IMG/VR virus record: IMGVR_UViG_2671180089_000001
Coordinates: 62,325-126,324 of that record
DNA: 64,000 bases
Direction: 5' to 3' (one strand)
DNA from: a virus
Taxonomy: Duplodnaviria > Caudoviricetes
Shown here in pieces: positions 34,215 to 43,478 of this stretch. Every line of letters begins with the position of its first letter. The first letter of the stretch is position 1. A model generated the notes under the pieces. That model ran no database searches and was not told the DNA's origin. It saw only the letters and a list, made by a program, of their open reading frames with translations. The translations under genes and the position numbers were made by a program.

Positions 34215-36671
34215 TTACTCCTGGGGGTCGGTGTCGTAGTGCAGACGGCAGCGGCAGTTCACGGTCAGGCCGATCGGGGCGAAGGGGTCGCCGGGGTAGC
34301 GGAGCTTCGCGCCCGCGATCTCGTACGGGGTGCCGACGGGAAGGGTCTTGCCGTGCAGAGCCTTGTGGGCGGGTCGTACGCGGTCGTCCTGGCGCGTGAT
34401 CCACGTCCGGACGACTCCGGGTCCGGCGCTCTCCGCCGCGGCGTCCGCGGCCCCGTTGATGGTCGACACGGCGCACGTTTCAGCGACGCGTGAGACCAGG
34501 ACGGGCGCGGCGGCCTCGTAGAACCGGGTGACGGCGCGCTCGAGGTCCTCGAGCGTGAGCTCCGTCTCCGGGGTGCTCTGGAGGCTGCGCAGCTCCTCGG
34601 CCAGGTCGCCGAGCAGCGTGGTCACGGCCTCTCCGGCGTACATCGCGGAGACGAGAGCGGCTGCCACGGCGGCGGGGGGCACGGTGTCGGTACCGGCGAC
34701 GGCCTGGCCCAGCTTGCGGGCGGTGGCGGTGGCGGCCTGCTGGAGGATTGGGGCGAGGGTGTTTGTCGTCTCCTCCGCCCACCGGGCAGCGCTGACGACG
34801 CGGTCGCCGTCGATGTCCGCGTTGCCGCCGCGGGTGTCGTGCTCGTTCTCCGGCTCCCAAAAGCGCGTGTGCTTGCGGGTCTTCGGGGCGCGGAGCCGGG
34901 CGGCGATGACGCCCTGCTGGCGGGCGAGCAGCGCGGTGAGGGCCGCCTGGACGGCCAGGGACAGGGCGTCGAAGTCGGCGTCGGTGACCTCGAAGCCCCG
35001 GCCGGCCAGAGACTTGGTCTCGACGCGCGCCGCAGCGACGTCCTCGGCTGCCGGCCCGTCCTCAGGCTGCGCGGTGGCGGTACGCGCCGCGGTGACGTCG
35101 CCGGCTGCGGGACCGGGGCCGAGGTCGGTGGCCTGCGCGCGGGCTGCGGCAACCTCGTCGGCCGCGGTGCCACCTGCGCCGGTGGGCAGCGCAAGGGGGG
35201 CCTGCCCGCGGGCCAGGGCGACCGCCTCGGCCGCGGTCGGGGCCGCCTCGAGCTCGCGGGCCTCGGCGACCGCCGCGGCGGCGGACTGGCCGTCGGCCGA
35301 GGGCAGCATGGCGTTCGGGTCGGTGCCCGGAGCGGCGCCGGCTTCCGGCTCGGGTGCCAGGCCCAGGGCGGCCGCATCCTCGTCGTTCGCGGGCACGGGA
35401 GCCTTCTGCGGGCTGATCCACAGGGCTCGGGACTGAGGCGTGTTGAACGGCTGCCGGTTGGCGATCCTCCGGTACTCGTCGATCGTGATCAGGCCCGCCT
35501 CGAACTCCTTGCGGGCCTCCTCGCGGGCCTGGCGGCGGGGGAACTCGAGCGCCTGGACGCGGCTGGTGTCGAACCGGATCACCCAGTCGTCGGACAGGTC
35601 CGGGTCGAACGCCGACGCAATCAGGTTGAGGTGGGGAAGCTCCGTGTGGGACCAGAAGTTCCACTCTTCCCGGTCCGCGTTGTTAAACGTCCGCTCGGAG
35701 GCGTTGCCGATGACGGACTCGTACACGCCGAACGCGGAGAGGATCTCGTTCTTCGCGGTACTGGAAAGGGTCTCGTAGGCCATCTCCCGGGGACGAGCGG
35801 AGGTGTCCACGTAGGTGACGCCGCCAGGGCCGGTGCCAACGAGGGTGAGCTGTCCGGCGTTGTGCGCGCCGGGGGCGAGGCGCTTCTGGATCCGGTCGAC
35901 CTCGTTGGGGTCGACGCCGTCCAGGTCGATGCCGACGATGCCGCCGGGGCGGCCGTCGTTGTCGATGAACGAAATGTTGTAGGTGCGCGCCTTCACGTCC
36001 AGGTCGACGGACAGGCCGGCGGCCTCAAGGGGCGTCACGCCGCAGAAAGGATCCGTGGGGTGGGGGTCGCGCAGCCAGATGACGTACTTCGGCTTGAGCT
36101 CGCGGATGTGCCCGGCGTAGTCGGTGAACTCGAAGTGCTTGACGTAGCTCGCGTTCTCGTCGTCCGGGATGATCCGTACGCGGTCCGGGGGCAGCAGGTC
36201 GAGCCTGGTCAGGACGCCGCCGCGGCTGTACGTCTTCTCGATGAACACGCCCTTCTTGCTGAGCAGCAACTGGGCGCTCAGGCGCTTCTTGAAGACGTCA
36301 CCGGTCTCGAGCGGATTGGCCTGCTTGTTCAGCAGCCGCAGGAGCGGGTGGTCCTCGAGAATCTCCTCGAATTCCCGCTCGTCGCCGCCGCGGCCGATCT
36401 GCACCGGGAGAGTGGAGGCGTGCTTGCTGATGGCCTCAACGCTCTTGAACGTCCAGATGGAGCGCTCGTAGCCCTCGACGATGACCCGCTCGAGGTCCCA
36501 GCCGTCCGCGCGGCCCGGGGTGCCCCAGACGTTCGTGACGCCGGCGTACGACACCGACGTGTAGACGCCTCCTGCCAGGAGGTCCTTCGTCTCGGTGGGC
36601 GCGGGTGAGGGCTCTGCGGTGCCTCGGGGGACGAGGAGCCCCCGGAGCGCGGGGAAGAGTTGGCGTGGCAT
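34215..36671 (-). CDS. Portal protein fused to C-terminal MuF (gp7-like head morphogenesis) domain
   Basis: GVTPLEAA, NDGRPGG and GLITIDEYR portal motifs; WITRQDDRVRPAH...PGDP...NCRC MuF motif. Confidence 0.92.
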   Translation of the reverse strand: MPRQLFPALRGLLVPRGTAEPSPAPTETKDLLAGGVYTSVSYAGVTNVWGTPGRADGWDLERVIVEGYERSIWTFKSVEAISKHASTLPVQIGRGGDEREFEEILEDHPLLRLLNKQANPLETGDVFKKRLSAQLLLSKKGVFIEKTYSRGGVLTRLDLLPPDRVRIIPDDENASYVKHFEFTDYAGHIRELKPKYVIWLRDPHPTDPFCGVTPLEAAGLSVDLDVKARTYNISFIDNDGRPGGIVGIDLDGVDPNEVDRIQKRLAPGAHNAGQLTLVGTGPGGVTYVDTSARPREMAYETLSSTAKNEILSAFGVYESVIGNASERTFNNADREEWNFWSHTELPHLNLIASAFDPDLSDDWVIRFDTSRVQALEFPRRQAREEARKEFEAGLITIDEYRRIANRQPFNTPQSRALWISPQKAPVPANDEDAAALGLAPEPEAGAAPGTDPNAMLPSADGQSAAAAVAEARELEAAPTAAEAVALARGQAPLALPTGAGGTAADEVAAARAQATDLGPGPAAGDVTAARTATAQPEDGPAAEDVAAARVETKSLAGRGFEVTDADFDALSLAVQAALTALLARQQGVIAARLRAPKTRKHTRFWEPENEHDTRGGNADIDGDRVVSAARWAEETTNTLAPILQQAATATARKLGQAVAGTDTVPPAAVAAALVSAMYAGEAVTTLLGDLAEELRSLQSTPETELTLEDLERAVTRFYEAAAPVLVSRVAETCAVSTINGAADAAAESAGPGVVRTWITRQDDRVRPAHKALHGKTLPVGTPYEIAGAKLRYPGDPFAPIGLTVNCRCRLHYDTDPQE

Positions 36672-37063
36672 CAGGCCCCCTCAGCGCTGGACAGCCACAG
36701 GCCGGCGGCGGCCACGAGGGCGCTGACTGCGAGCCATCCCAGCGGGGGCAGGAGGTAGAAGAGGACGGCGGTCTGTCCCGCGTATCCGGCGAAGGCGGCG
36801 ATGGCTCCGGCGTCTTGCTGCCATCGGGGCTTGGAGTTGCGGCGTACGAGAACCCCGCTGAGGCACAGGCCGATGAGGGCGGCGGACAGGCCTGCGGTCC
36901 AGTGCAGGGCACCCAGCGCACCGAGTCCGCCGAGCACCCCGAACGAGAGCAGGAGCAGCCCGAGGGCCTCCCGGCCGACCTTGTCGGAGGCCACCGGCCC
37001 AGTGCTGTCGGTGGGGGCGACAACCGGGTCGTCGTTCGACGGCTGAGTTCGCTGAGTAGTCAC
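36671..37063 (-). CDS. Four-TM membrane protein preceding portal
   Basis: Hydrophobic; GTG start 7 nt after promoter motif; TGATG-coupled to portal. Confidence 0.7.
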   Translation of the reverse strand: MTTQRTQPSNDDPVVAPTDSTGPVASDKVGREALGLLLLSFGVLGGLGALGALHWTAGLSAALIGLCLSGVLVRRNSKPRWQQDAGAIAAFAGYAGQTAVLFYLLPPLGWLAVSALVAAAGLWLSSAEGA

Positions 37064-37070
37064 GCCGCGC

Positions 37071-37101
37071 ACCATGAACGGCGGGCGGCGTTAACGTCGC
37101 G
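37071..37101 (-). promoter_or_regulatory. Late-promoter-like motif
   Basis: CGCGAC GTTAAC N13 CATGGT, 7 nt before GTG. Confidence 0.78.
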
Positions 37102-37104
37102 TGG

Positions 37105-37653
37105 TCAGCGCGGGGGCCGGGAGACCCCCGACATGTAGGCGCCGATGCCGCGCCGGTTGATGGTGCCGCCGGAGATGATTCGGGCGTTCGCGGGCGGGGT
37201 GGGGACCTTGCGCTTGGCCCGCTTGGTCTGGTCGCCGCCGATCAGGTGCGTGTTGTCGATCTTGGCGGCGCAGTCGTCGCCCTTGACCTCGTCGTACGGG
37301 CGTCGGCACCCATCGCAGTACACGTCCAGGGCCTCGATGCGCTGCCCCTCGGTGGCCTTGAAGCTGCCCCGGTAGTCGGCAACGCTCGCGACCTTCGGCG
37401 TGACCTCGATCGTGGCGGCCACAACCCAGACGTGGGAGAGGTCCGTCTCCGGCTCGGGCTTGGCCGAGGCGCCCTCGATGTCGGACTCCCGCAGCGCGAC
37501 GGACGCCGCCTCGGGGGCGGGTTCAGGTGCCGGCCGAGGGGCCTTGACGGGTGCGGGTGCGGATGGAGCTTCTGGCTCAAGCCCGGCGAAAAGGCTCTCC
37601 TGCAGGTGGGAGCGGCCGGTCTCGGGCGAGAGGGGGGCTGTCGCGGTCGTCAC
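37105..37653 (-). CDS. Hypothetical protein with CxxC motif
   Basis: GGAGG RBS; YCDGCRRPY. Confidence 0.6.
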   Translation of the reverse strand: MTTATAPLSPETGRSHLQESLFAGLEPEAPSAPAPVKAPRPAPEPAPEAASVALRESDIEGASAKPEPETDLSHVWVVAATIEVTPKVASVADYRGSFKATEGQRIEALDVYCDGCRRPYDEVKGDDCAAKIDNTHLIGGDQTKRAKRKVPTPPANARIISGGTINRRGIGAYMSGVSRPPR

Positions 37654-37790
37654 CGTTCCTCCGGATCACTGCGGGGTTGACATAAAGCGCAACCCCCTTC
37701 ACTCCCGGAACGTCAACGGCCGCGATCTGTTACACCCCAACGGCTGCGCCCCCAAGCGGGGGAGGCTCGGGGGCGCAGTGGGGGAGGGGG

Positions 37791-38117
37791 TCAGGCGGAG
37801 TCGGGGCGGCGGAACACCTCGGTCGGCCGCCAAGGCTCCGGCATCGGGGGGAGCTTGCTGAACAAGGGAAGAGGGACTCGGCCGGCCCGATCTGATGCGT
37901 CCTCTCCAGCCTCCTGCGCACCGGTCGGAAAGTCCTCGGCGACGCCGACCGGAACCCATTGGAACCCGTCCCATTCCTGGATGCCGCGCGGCATGGCCGG
38001 GTCGACGTGAGCTCCTCGGTCGGCCTGGTCGCCGAGCGGGGCAAGTCTGCGCTCCCCGCGGGCAGGCCGGCGGCGCTCGCGGCGCTCTGCCCATTGCTCC
38101 AGAGGCTCGTCATCCAT
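37791..38117 (-). CDS. Hypothetical protein (DUF6087-like)
   Basis: GGAGGG RBS; EPL..WA.RR and PR.I.EWDG..W.PVGV pattern. Confidence 0.55.
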   Translation of the reverse strand: MDDEPLEQWAERRERRRPARGERRLAPLGDQADRGAHVDPAMPRGIQEWDGFQWVPVGVAEDFPTGAQEAGEDASDRAGRVPLPLFSKLPPMPEPWRPTEVFRRPDSA

Positions 38118-38187
38118 GGGGTGCTCCCTCCTTGTGGACTCGTTCAGTCTGCCGCGTCGGCAGAGTGGCGGGAACCGGCGGCGGACG

Positions 38188-39324
38188 CTACAACGTTGCC
38201 GTCCACCCCCCGCGGGACAACGTGGTCGTTCCGTCAGGGCTGATGGTGACCTGGGCGCCGTATACAGGAAGTTCCCCGTGCTGCACCCACCACCACCGAA
38301 TCTCGTCCAGCTCGTCGTACAGGCGGCGCGGGCCGGACTGGTGCACGGCCGCGCTCTGCTCGCCGGGCCAGGTGGTCGCTCGCGCCCAGGACCCGTCCTT
38401 GTGCAGCATCCACGTCATGCGGCTGCCGTCGTCGCCGGTGCCGGTGCGGTGCTCAATGCCGGGCACCTTGAGGGACAGCATCGACCACACCTCCCATGCC
38501 TGCATGACGTCGAGCACGGGGAAGGGCGAAGTGGTGACCTTCTCGCCCTCCTGGTCAACGGCCTGGGCGAACACCTCGTTCAGGCCGGGCGGGTAGTCGT
38601 CACCGGATCGGGTGGTCATGAACGAGCCGCGGTCCCACTCGACTCGTCCCTGGGCGCCGCCGTCTTCGGTTTTGTCTGCGGTCACGATCAGGCCGGTGCC
38701 CGCGATCGTGGTCACCAGGCGCCCGCCGGGTGCGAGCGCTGCCAGCCACGAGGCGGGGATGCGCGGCATCGAGACCATCGACACGATCCGGTCGAAGGTT
38801 CCGGGCAGTTCTTCGGCTCCGGCGTCCGCAGTGACGACCGTCGGGGTGCAGCCGATCCGGGCGAGCCGTTCAGTGGCAGCCGCGGTGAGGTACGGGTCGA
38901 TGTCCAGCGTGGTCACCAGGTCGTCGCCGAGGCGCCGGCAGGCCAGGGCGGCGCTGTATCCGGAGCCGGTGGCGAGGTCGAGCAGCCGCACACCGGGGGT
39001 GAGCCGCCCGTGCTGGAGCATCGTGAGGACGAGTCCGGGGAGGGTGGATGACGATGTGGGGTTCCCGGTGACGATTTGGCCCGGTTCGATGTGGTCGGCG
39101 TGGACGGGTCCGACCCGGGTCACCAGCGTGGTGTTGGAGTAGGCGGCTGTTGCCCACGCTGCGGTGTCGGCCGGGCCGTCGACTGCGGTCCATCCCTGCG
39201 GGCTGGCGGTGAGCCACCGCTGGACGAATTGGTGCCGGGGCGTCTCGTGCAGGGGCGTCCACCAGGGCGAGCCGGGGTGGGCGATCTGCGCCGCGAGCGC
39301 GGCGGCGTGCGGCCTCCACTGCAT
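38188..39324 (-). CDS. PIMT-like methyltransferase of ATP-grasp RiPP system (TgmC-like)
   Basis: PRHQFV, PTSSST.P, LDLATGSGYSAA and LAPGGRLV motifs; coupled to the ATP-grasp gene. Confidence 0.85.
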   Translation of the reverse strand: MQWRPHAAALAAQIAHPGSPWWTPLHETPRHQFVQRWLTASPQGWTAVDGPADTAAWATAAYSNTTLVTRVGPVHADHIEPGQIVTGNPTSSSTLPGLVLTMLQHGRLTPGVRLLDLATGSGYSAALACRRLGDDLVTTLDIDPYLTAAATERLARIGCTPTVVTADAGAEELPGTFDRIVSMVSMPRIPASWLAALAPGGRLVTTIAGTGLIVTADKTEDGGAQGRVEWDRGSFMTTRSGDDYPPGLNEVFAQAVDQEGEKVTTSPFPVLDVMQAWEVWSMLSLKVPGIEHRTGTGDDGSRMTWMLHKDGSWARATTWPGEQSAAVHQSGPRRLYDELDEIRWWWVQHGELPVYGAQVTISPDGTTTLSRGGWTATL

Positions 39325-40289
39325 CAGTGATCTCCTGTCAGGTCGTCGACGATGGCTTCAACGATCGGCAGGCCGGTGTGGGCCTGGATCCAGTCCCATT
39401 GGCCGCACGGATTAATTTCCAGGAACGTCCACTCCCCGTCGGGGCCGACCACGAAGTCGGCCGCGCCGTACCGGAGCTGAAGGCGCTCCATCAGCCGGAG
39501 CATCCCGGCGAAAACATCCTCGGGCACTGTGGTGGTCTCGTAGGTGAGCGCGCCGTAGTCGCTGCGCCAGTCCTTGTGTGCGGCGTCGCTGCCGGCGTGG
39601 ATGGCGGCGGCGAGCGCGTGGCCGCCGACCATGGTCAGCCGCACCTCGTACGCCTTATCCACCCACGCCTGGAGCAGGTGGGCCGTGGCCTCAATGCCGC
39701 GGAGGTCTTCGAGGTCTCCAGCTTTCAGGACCTGGGTGTAGACGGACTTGAGCTCGTTGTTCTCGATGATGACGGGCGAGGCGATCGGCTTGCACACGAT
39801 TGGTCCGTCGGTCTCCTGCGCGAAGGCCCTGACCTCGTCCGGTCGGTTGGTGATGAGCGTGGCAGGGATACGGAGCCCGCAGGCGCGTGCGACAGCCAGT
39901 TGCACGGGCTTGTACTCGGCGCGCGCCATGGCCGTCGGGTGGTTCACCCATCGGCAGTCCAGCGCGGACAGGACGCCTCCGAGGCCGCCCCGGGCCTGAT
40001 ACGCGGCGAATCTCTCCTCCGGGCCGGACATCCCCTCAGGGAACCGGAACGCCCCGGGGGCGCGGTAGTACACCGCGCCGACCCGGGACATCTCCACTAT
40101 CCGGTGCTCGGTGATGAGCTCGCCCGTCCAGGCACGCTCCTGGTCGATCCGTCCGGCCAGGGCCAGACGCTGCGGGAAGTCGGCGGTGTCCATGCGGAAC
40201 ACCTCGACGCCGCGGCGGTCCAGCTCCGCGACGACCTTGTCGGTGGGCAGGTCATCGGAGGCTGCGATGATCAGGACGGGCGCGGCCAT
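39324..40289 (-). CDS. ATP-grasp RiPP (graspetide) maturase (TgmB-like)
   Basis: DTADFP, WVNHP...AEYKPVQL, DWRSDY and YGAADF...FLEINPCGQW motifs. Confidence 0.92.
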   Translation of the reverse strand: MAAPVLIIAASDDLPTDKVVAELDRRGVEVFRMDTADFPQRLALAGRIDQERAWTGELITEHRIVEMSRVGAVYYRAPGAFRFPEGMSGPEERFAAYQARGGLGGVLSALDCRWVNHPTAMARAEYKPVQLAVARACGLRIPATLITNRPDEVRAFAQETDGPIVCKPIASPVIIENNELKSVYTQVLKAGDLEDLRGIEATAHLLQAWVDKAYEVRLTMVGGHALAAAIHAGSDAAHKDWRSDYGALTYETTTVPEDVFAGMLRLMERLQLRYGAADFVVGPDGEWTFLEINPCGQWDWIQAHTGLPIVEAIVDDLTGDH

Positions 40290-40585
40290 CAGTCCTTGGG
40301 CCCCTCGTCCAGCGGCGGCGGATTGGTGGTGCTGCCGTCCGGGACCGTCGGCGAGTGCGTGCCCGCCATGACGGTCAGCATGCCCCCGTCGGAGGCCATG
40401 CTGACCTGGAGGGCGGGGTCGTAGGAGTGCGCCGGGATGACGGTCGCGTTGGTGGAGTCGGGGACGCGGGCGAAGCGCAGGCCCCAGGGCCGGGTCTCCG
40501 GCGCCGACGGCGGCTCAGCGCTGACCGGGGTACGGCCCCCGGCCGGCGCGAGGGGGAATGCCTCGCGAAGCAACGTGCTGGCCAT
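40289..40585 (-). CDS. Graspetide precursor peptide (TgmA-like)
   Basis: PWGLRF and YDPALQ leader motifs; Thr/Ser...Asp-rich core THSPTVPDGSTTNPPPLDEGPKD; GGAG RBS. Confidence 0.85.
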   Translation of the reverse strand: MASTLLREAFPLAPAGGRTPVSAEPPSAPETRPWGLRFARVPDSTNATVIPAHSYDPALQVSMASDGGMLTVMAGTHSPTVPDGSTTNPPPLDEGPKD

Positions 40586-40682
40586 TCTTTTCTCCTTCTC
40601 AGTGAACTGGATGGGGTGGTGCACCCCGGCGCGGGGCACGAGTTGGTGACGTCCCTGCGTCGGGAGACTGTGGGAGCCCTGA

Positions 40683-41168
40683 CTAGGGCGACGGCTCCGG
40701 TGAGCGGCGGCCCGACACGTAGCTGTCGGTACCGTGCACGGCGACTAGGAGCCCTTCCGCGACCAGAGGAGCGAGCGCGCTACGCACGGAGTCGCGGCTG
40801 GCCTTGAACTCGTCGGCCAACGCACCCACGGAGAGCCGTACCGGCTTGATCCCCCCGTAAACGATGCGCGACCGCACGGCCCTCTCAATGGGGGAAGGTG
40901 TCGGGGGCTGCGCTCGCATGGGCTTCTTGCCCAGGACGACAACTCCGCCCGGGCCGATACGCACGCGACGCTCGTACGCCAGGGACTCCATCGCGCTGGA
41001 CACGACGCCCTGGGAGACGCCGTAGCGCTGGCGCAGCTTCATGTAGGACGGGAGCCGGGTGCCCGGCGGGTACTGGTCCGTGTCCGCGAGCATGCCGGCG
41101 AGGTCGTCATAGACCGCGCGCCCGAGGGTGCCCTTCGCGGGAGGCCCGGGGGCCTTGCGCCGGGTCAT
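40683..41168 (-). CDS. GntR-like winged-helix regulator (tandem wHTH)
   Basis: YPPGTRLPS...YGVS and second LADEFKASRDSVR.AL..L..EG unit. Confidence 0.7.
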   Translation of the reverse strand: MTRRKAPGPPAKGTLGRAVYDDLAGMLADTDQYPPGTRLPSYMKLRQRYGVSQGVVSSAMESLAYERRVRIGPGGVVVLGKKPMRAQPPTPSPIERAVRSRIVYGGIKPVRLSVGALADEFKASRDSVRSALAPLVAEGLLVAVHGTDSYVSGRRSPEPSP

Positions 41169-42064
41169 GTCGCTTCTGCCGTGCTGGCGGCCGGCTTGAT
41201 TGCGACGCCCGCGTACGCGCCCGAGGCCCAGTCGCGCAGGTCGCCCATCTGGGGGGACCACCGCGCGGTGGGCACGAGGCCCGGCTCCAGCAGCGGCCAC
41301 CCACCGAAGAGATCCTTCACCGCGGCCCAGGGGCGCGGAATGTAGGTGAGGTCCGCTGCTTGGCGCAGCAGGGGCGTGAGCTTGGACGGTGTGACCGGTG
41401 CGAGGTCAGTGGCGTGCGTGATCGACAGGGCGCTCCCGGCGGGCGCCCAGTCCCGCAGGACGCTCAGAGCGTCGACGGCCTCCGCGTCGTTCAGGCAGGG
41501 CAGCACGTCGTGCAGGAGGATCGCGACGGGCCGGGACAGGTCCAGCACGCTGCTCACCTGATCTGAGGTGAGCAGCACTTCCATGTGGCGCAGGTCGCCC
41601 TGGACGGTCGTCTCCTCGTCCGAGAATTCCGCACCGTATCTGGTGCCGATGACGACAGGGTCGATGTCGACAGAGACGACCCGGCAGGCGGGCAGGACCC
41701 TGCGCGCGTACGACTGCAACGTCTCGACGCACGGGACCGTCCAGTCATAGCCGCATCCGAGGTCGAGGAACTGGTCGATGCCGCGCCGGGCCAGATGGCT
41801 CGTCACCCGGCCGTTGTGGTGCGCCTGGACCGTCGCCGCCATCCGCAAGCGTGAAAGGTCGAATTCGGACAGTCGACTCATGACCTTCGCGTCCGACGGG
41901 AATTCGGGCCTGCCCCGCAACAGTGACCTGCCCAGCCGTGCACTGGTGGTGGTTTCGTGCCAGTCGAGGCGCGGGCGGGGAACCGGAGTCGCCGGCACCC
42001 AGGGCACCGTGTAGAACGTGCCCTCGTCGGGTCCTGCCGTACGCAGGTCGGTGCTTTCCCTCAT
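41165..42064 (-). CDS. SAM-dependent methyltransferase (actinobacterial Methyltransf_19-like)
   Basis: GIDQFLDLGCG, VDIDPVV, LDLSRPVA and LLEPGLVP..RW motifs. Confidence 0.8.
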   Translation of the reverse strand: MRESTDLRTAGPDEGTFYTVPWVPATPVPRPRLDWHETTTSARLGRSLLRGRPEFPSDAKVMSRLSEFDLSRLRMAATVQAHHNGRVTSHLARRGIDQFLDLGCGYDWTVPCVETLQSYARRVLPACRVVSVDIDPVVIGTRYGAEFSDEETTVQGDLRHMEVLLTSDQVSSVLDLSRPVAILLHDVLPCLNDAEAVDALSVLRDWAPAGSALSITHATDLAPVTPSKLTPLLRQAADLTYIPRPWAAVKDLFGGWPLLEPGLVPTARWSPQMGDLRDWASGAYAGVAIKPAASTAEAT

Positions 42065-42066
42065 GG

Positions 42067-42807
42067 TCAGGTCCCCAATCGTGTGGTCGTGAACGCGGGC
42101 GAGACGACAGCGGCCAGGGCCTGGGCCTCGTCCGCGGTCAGCTCGCCGAAGATCACCCGGTCCGGCTTGAAGCAGCTGTCGCACCCGGCTTTCGCCTCGA
42201 TCAGCACGTCAAGGACCTGGTCGAGCAACTGCATGAGATCGCGGGCGAGTTGATCGAGGCCCGGGAGGGTGGAGATGTCGATGTGGGCGGGCTTGTCGGG
42301 GGCGCCGCGGAGCAGCTTCCACAGGGACAGCGCTTCGTCGGCGTGAAGGGCGAGGGGCTGGATCACTTCGTCCTCGACGGCCGCCTGTGCCTTGAAACCG
42401 GCCTCGTTGAGGGCCCGGGTCAGGTGGAGTGCGGCGCGCTCCAGGTCGGTCATCCCGGATTCGATCAGGGCCGTAAGCCGGCGTACGTCGCTCGTTGCCG
42501 GAAGGGTGAGATTCAGTCCGAGGCGCGGGCCGGGCTCACGCCGGCACTCCCCCGTCATGATGCCGTTCTCGGCGAGAGTGCGCTTCACGTCGCCGAGCGC
42601 CCACGCCCACCCGGCCGGCAGCTCGTCATCGGGTGTGGCCACGTAATGGATGCGCACATGGGCACCGCCGCCGCTGTGCTGCTCGACATAGTGCACGCAG
42701 GTCGGGCGAATTACTTCAAGTACCAGACCCAGGTCGCGCGCGGCCGCTGCTGCGGTGGCAGCGAAGCCAGTTTCGTTGGTCAGGTGAGGAAATGCATGCC
42801 CATCCAT
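42067..42807 (-). CDS. Hypothetical protein
   Basis: TGATG-coupled to upstream gene; CDSC near C-terminus. Confidence 0.55.
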   Translation of the reverse strand: MDGHAFPHLTNETGFAATAAAAARDLGLVLEVIRPTCVHYVEQHSGGGAHVRIHYVATPDDELPAGWAWALGDVKRTLAENGIMTGECRREPGPRLGLNLTLPATSDVRRLTALIESGMTDLERAALHLTRALNEAGFKAQAAVEDEVIQPLALHADEALSLWKLLRGAPDKPAHIDISTLPGLDQLARDLMQLLDQVLDVLIEAKAGCDSCFKPDRVIFGELTADEAQALAAVVSPAFTTTRLGT

Positions 42808-43478
42808 CAGGCGCTCACCCGGTCCGCGAAGGCGACGCCGGCGTACGGGCAAGCCGTGCCGGAGGGGGTGAGCGTGGTGGTGAAAACGGCTTCGACGAAG
42901 ACCCGGGACAGTTCCCGGACGGCGTGCCGCGCCACAACGTATTGGGTGTCGGGGGAGTCGTAGAGGACCAGGGCGTCATCCTGAGCCGGTCCCGGCTGAC
43001 CAGGGCGCGGGTACAAGGTGCCGCGAACACCGATCTGTTCGGCCTCCCGGACCCGCAGCCGGGCATGCCCGCCCCGCAGCCACGGGCAGCCCTTCGTTGC
43101 CTTGTCCGCGCACGGCTCGCACGAGGGCGGGATGTTGGTCTGCACGCCCTCCCACGTCGTGCCCTCGGCCGGTGGTCCGGCCAGCAGCGGCATCAGCCAC
43201 AGCATCCCGTCGGCGTTCCGGCTCGCAGGGCCGCCGCACGTCGCGCAGAGCAGGTACCGCATCGCCTCGGGCTGACGGCCCGGGTGCAGCAGCGCGTAGA
43301 TACGGGGTCCGGTCTGCTGACCGCCGCATGCCTCCCACAGCACGCTGTCGTCATCCCTGTGTCGCTGATCCACGCGGGGATCGACGTAGAAAACGCCCCC
43401 CGGGGTGATCATCAGCGGTTCGGGCAAGGTGATCTCGCCCGCCCACGGGATGATGTACGGCGCTCTGGTGATGGTCAC
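42807..43478 (-). CDS. Hypothetical Zn-binding protein
   Basis: HPGRQ...LLCATCG and CEPC...CPWL. Confidence 0.65.
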   Translation of the reverse strand: MTITRAPYIIPWAGEITLPEPLMITPGGVFYVDPRVDQRHRDDDSVLWEACGGQQTGPRIYALLHPGRQPEAMRYLLCATCGGPASRNADGMLWLMPLLAGPPAEGTTWEGVQTNIPPSCEPCADKATKGCPWLRGGHARLRVREAEQIGVRGTLYPRPGQPGPAQDDALVLYDSPDTQYVVARHAVRELSRVFVEAVFTTTLTPSGTACPYAGVAFADRVSA

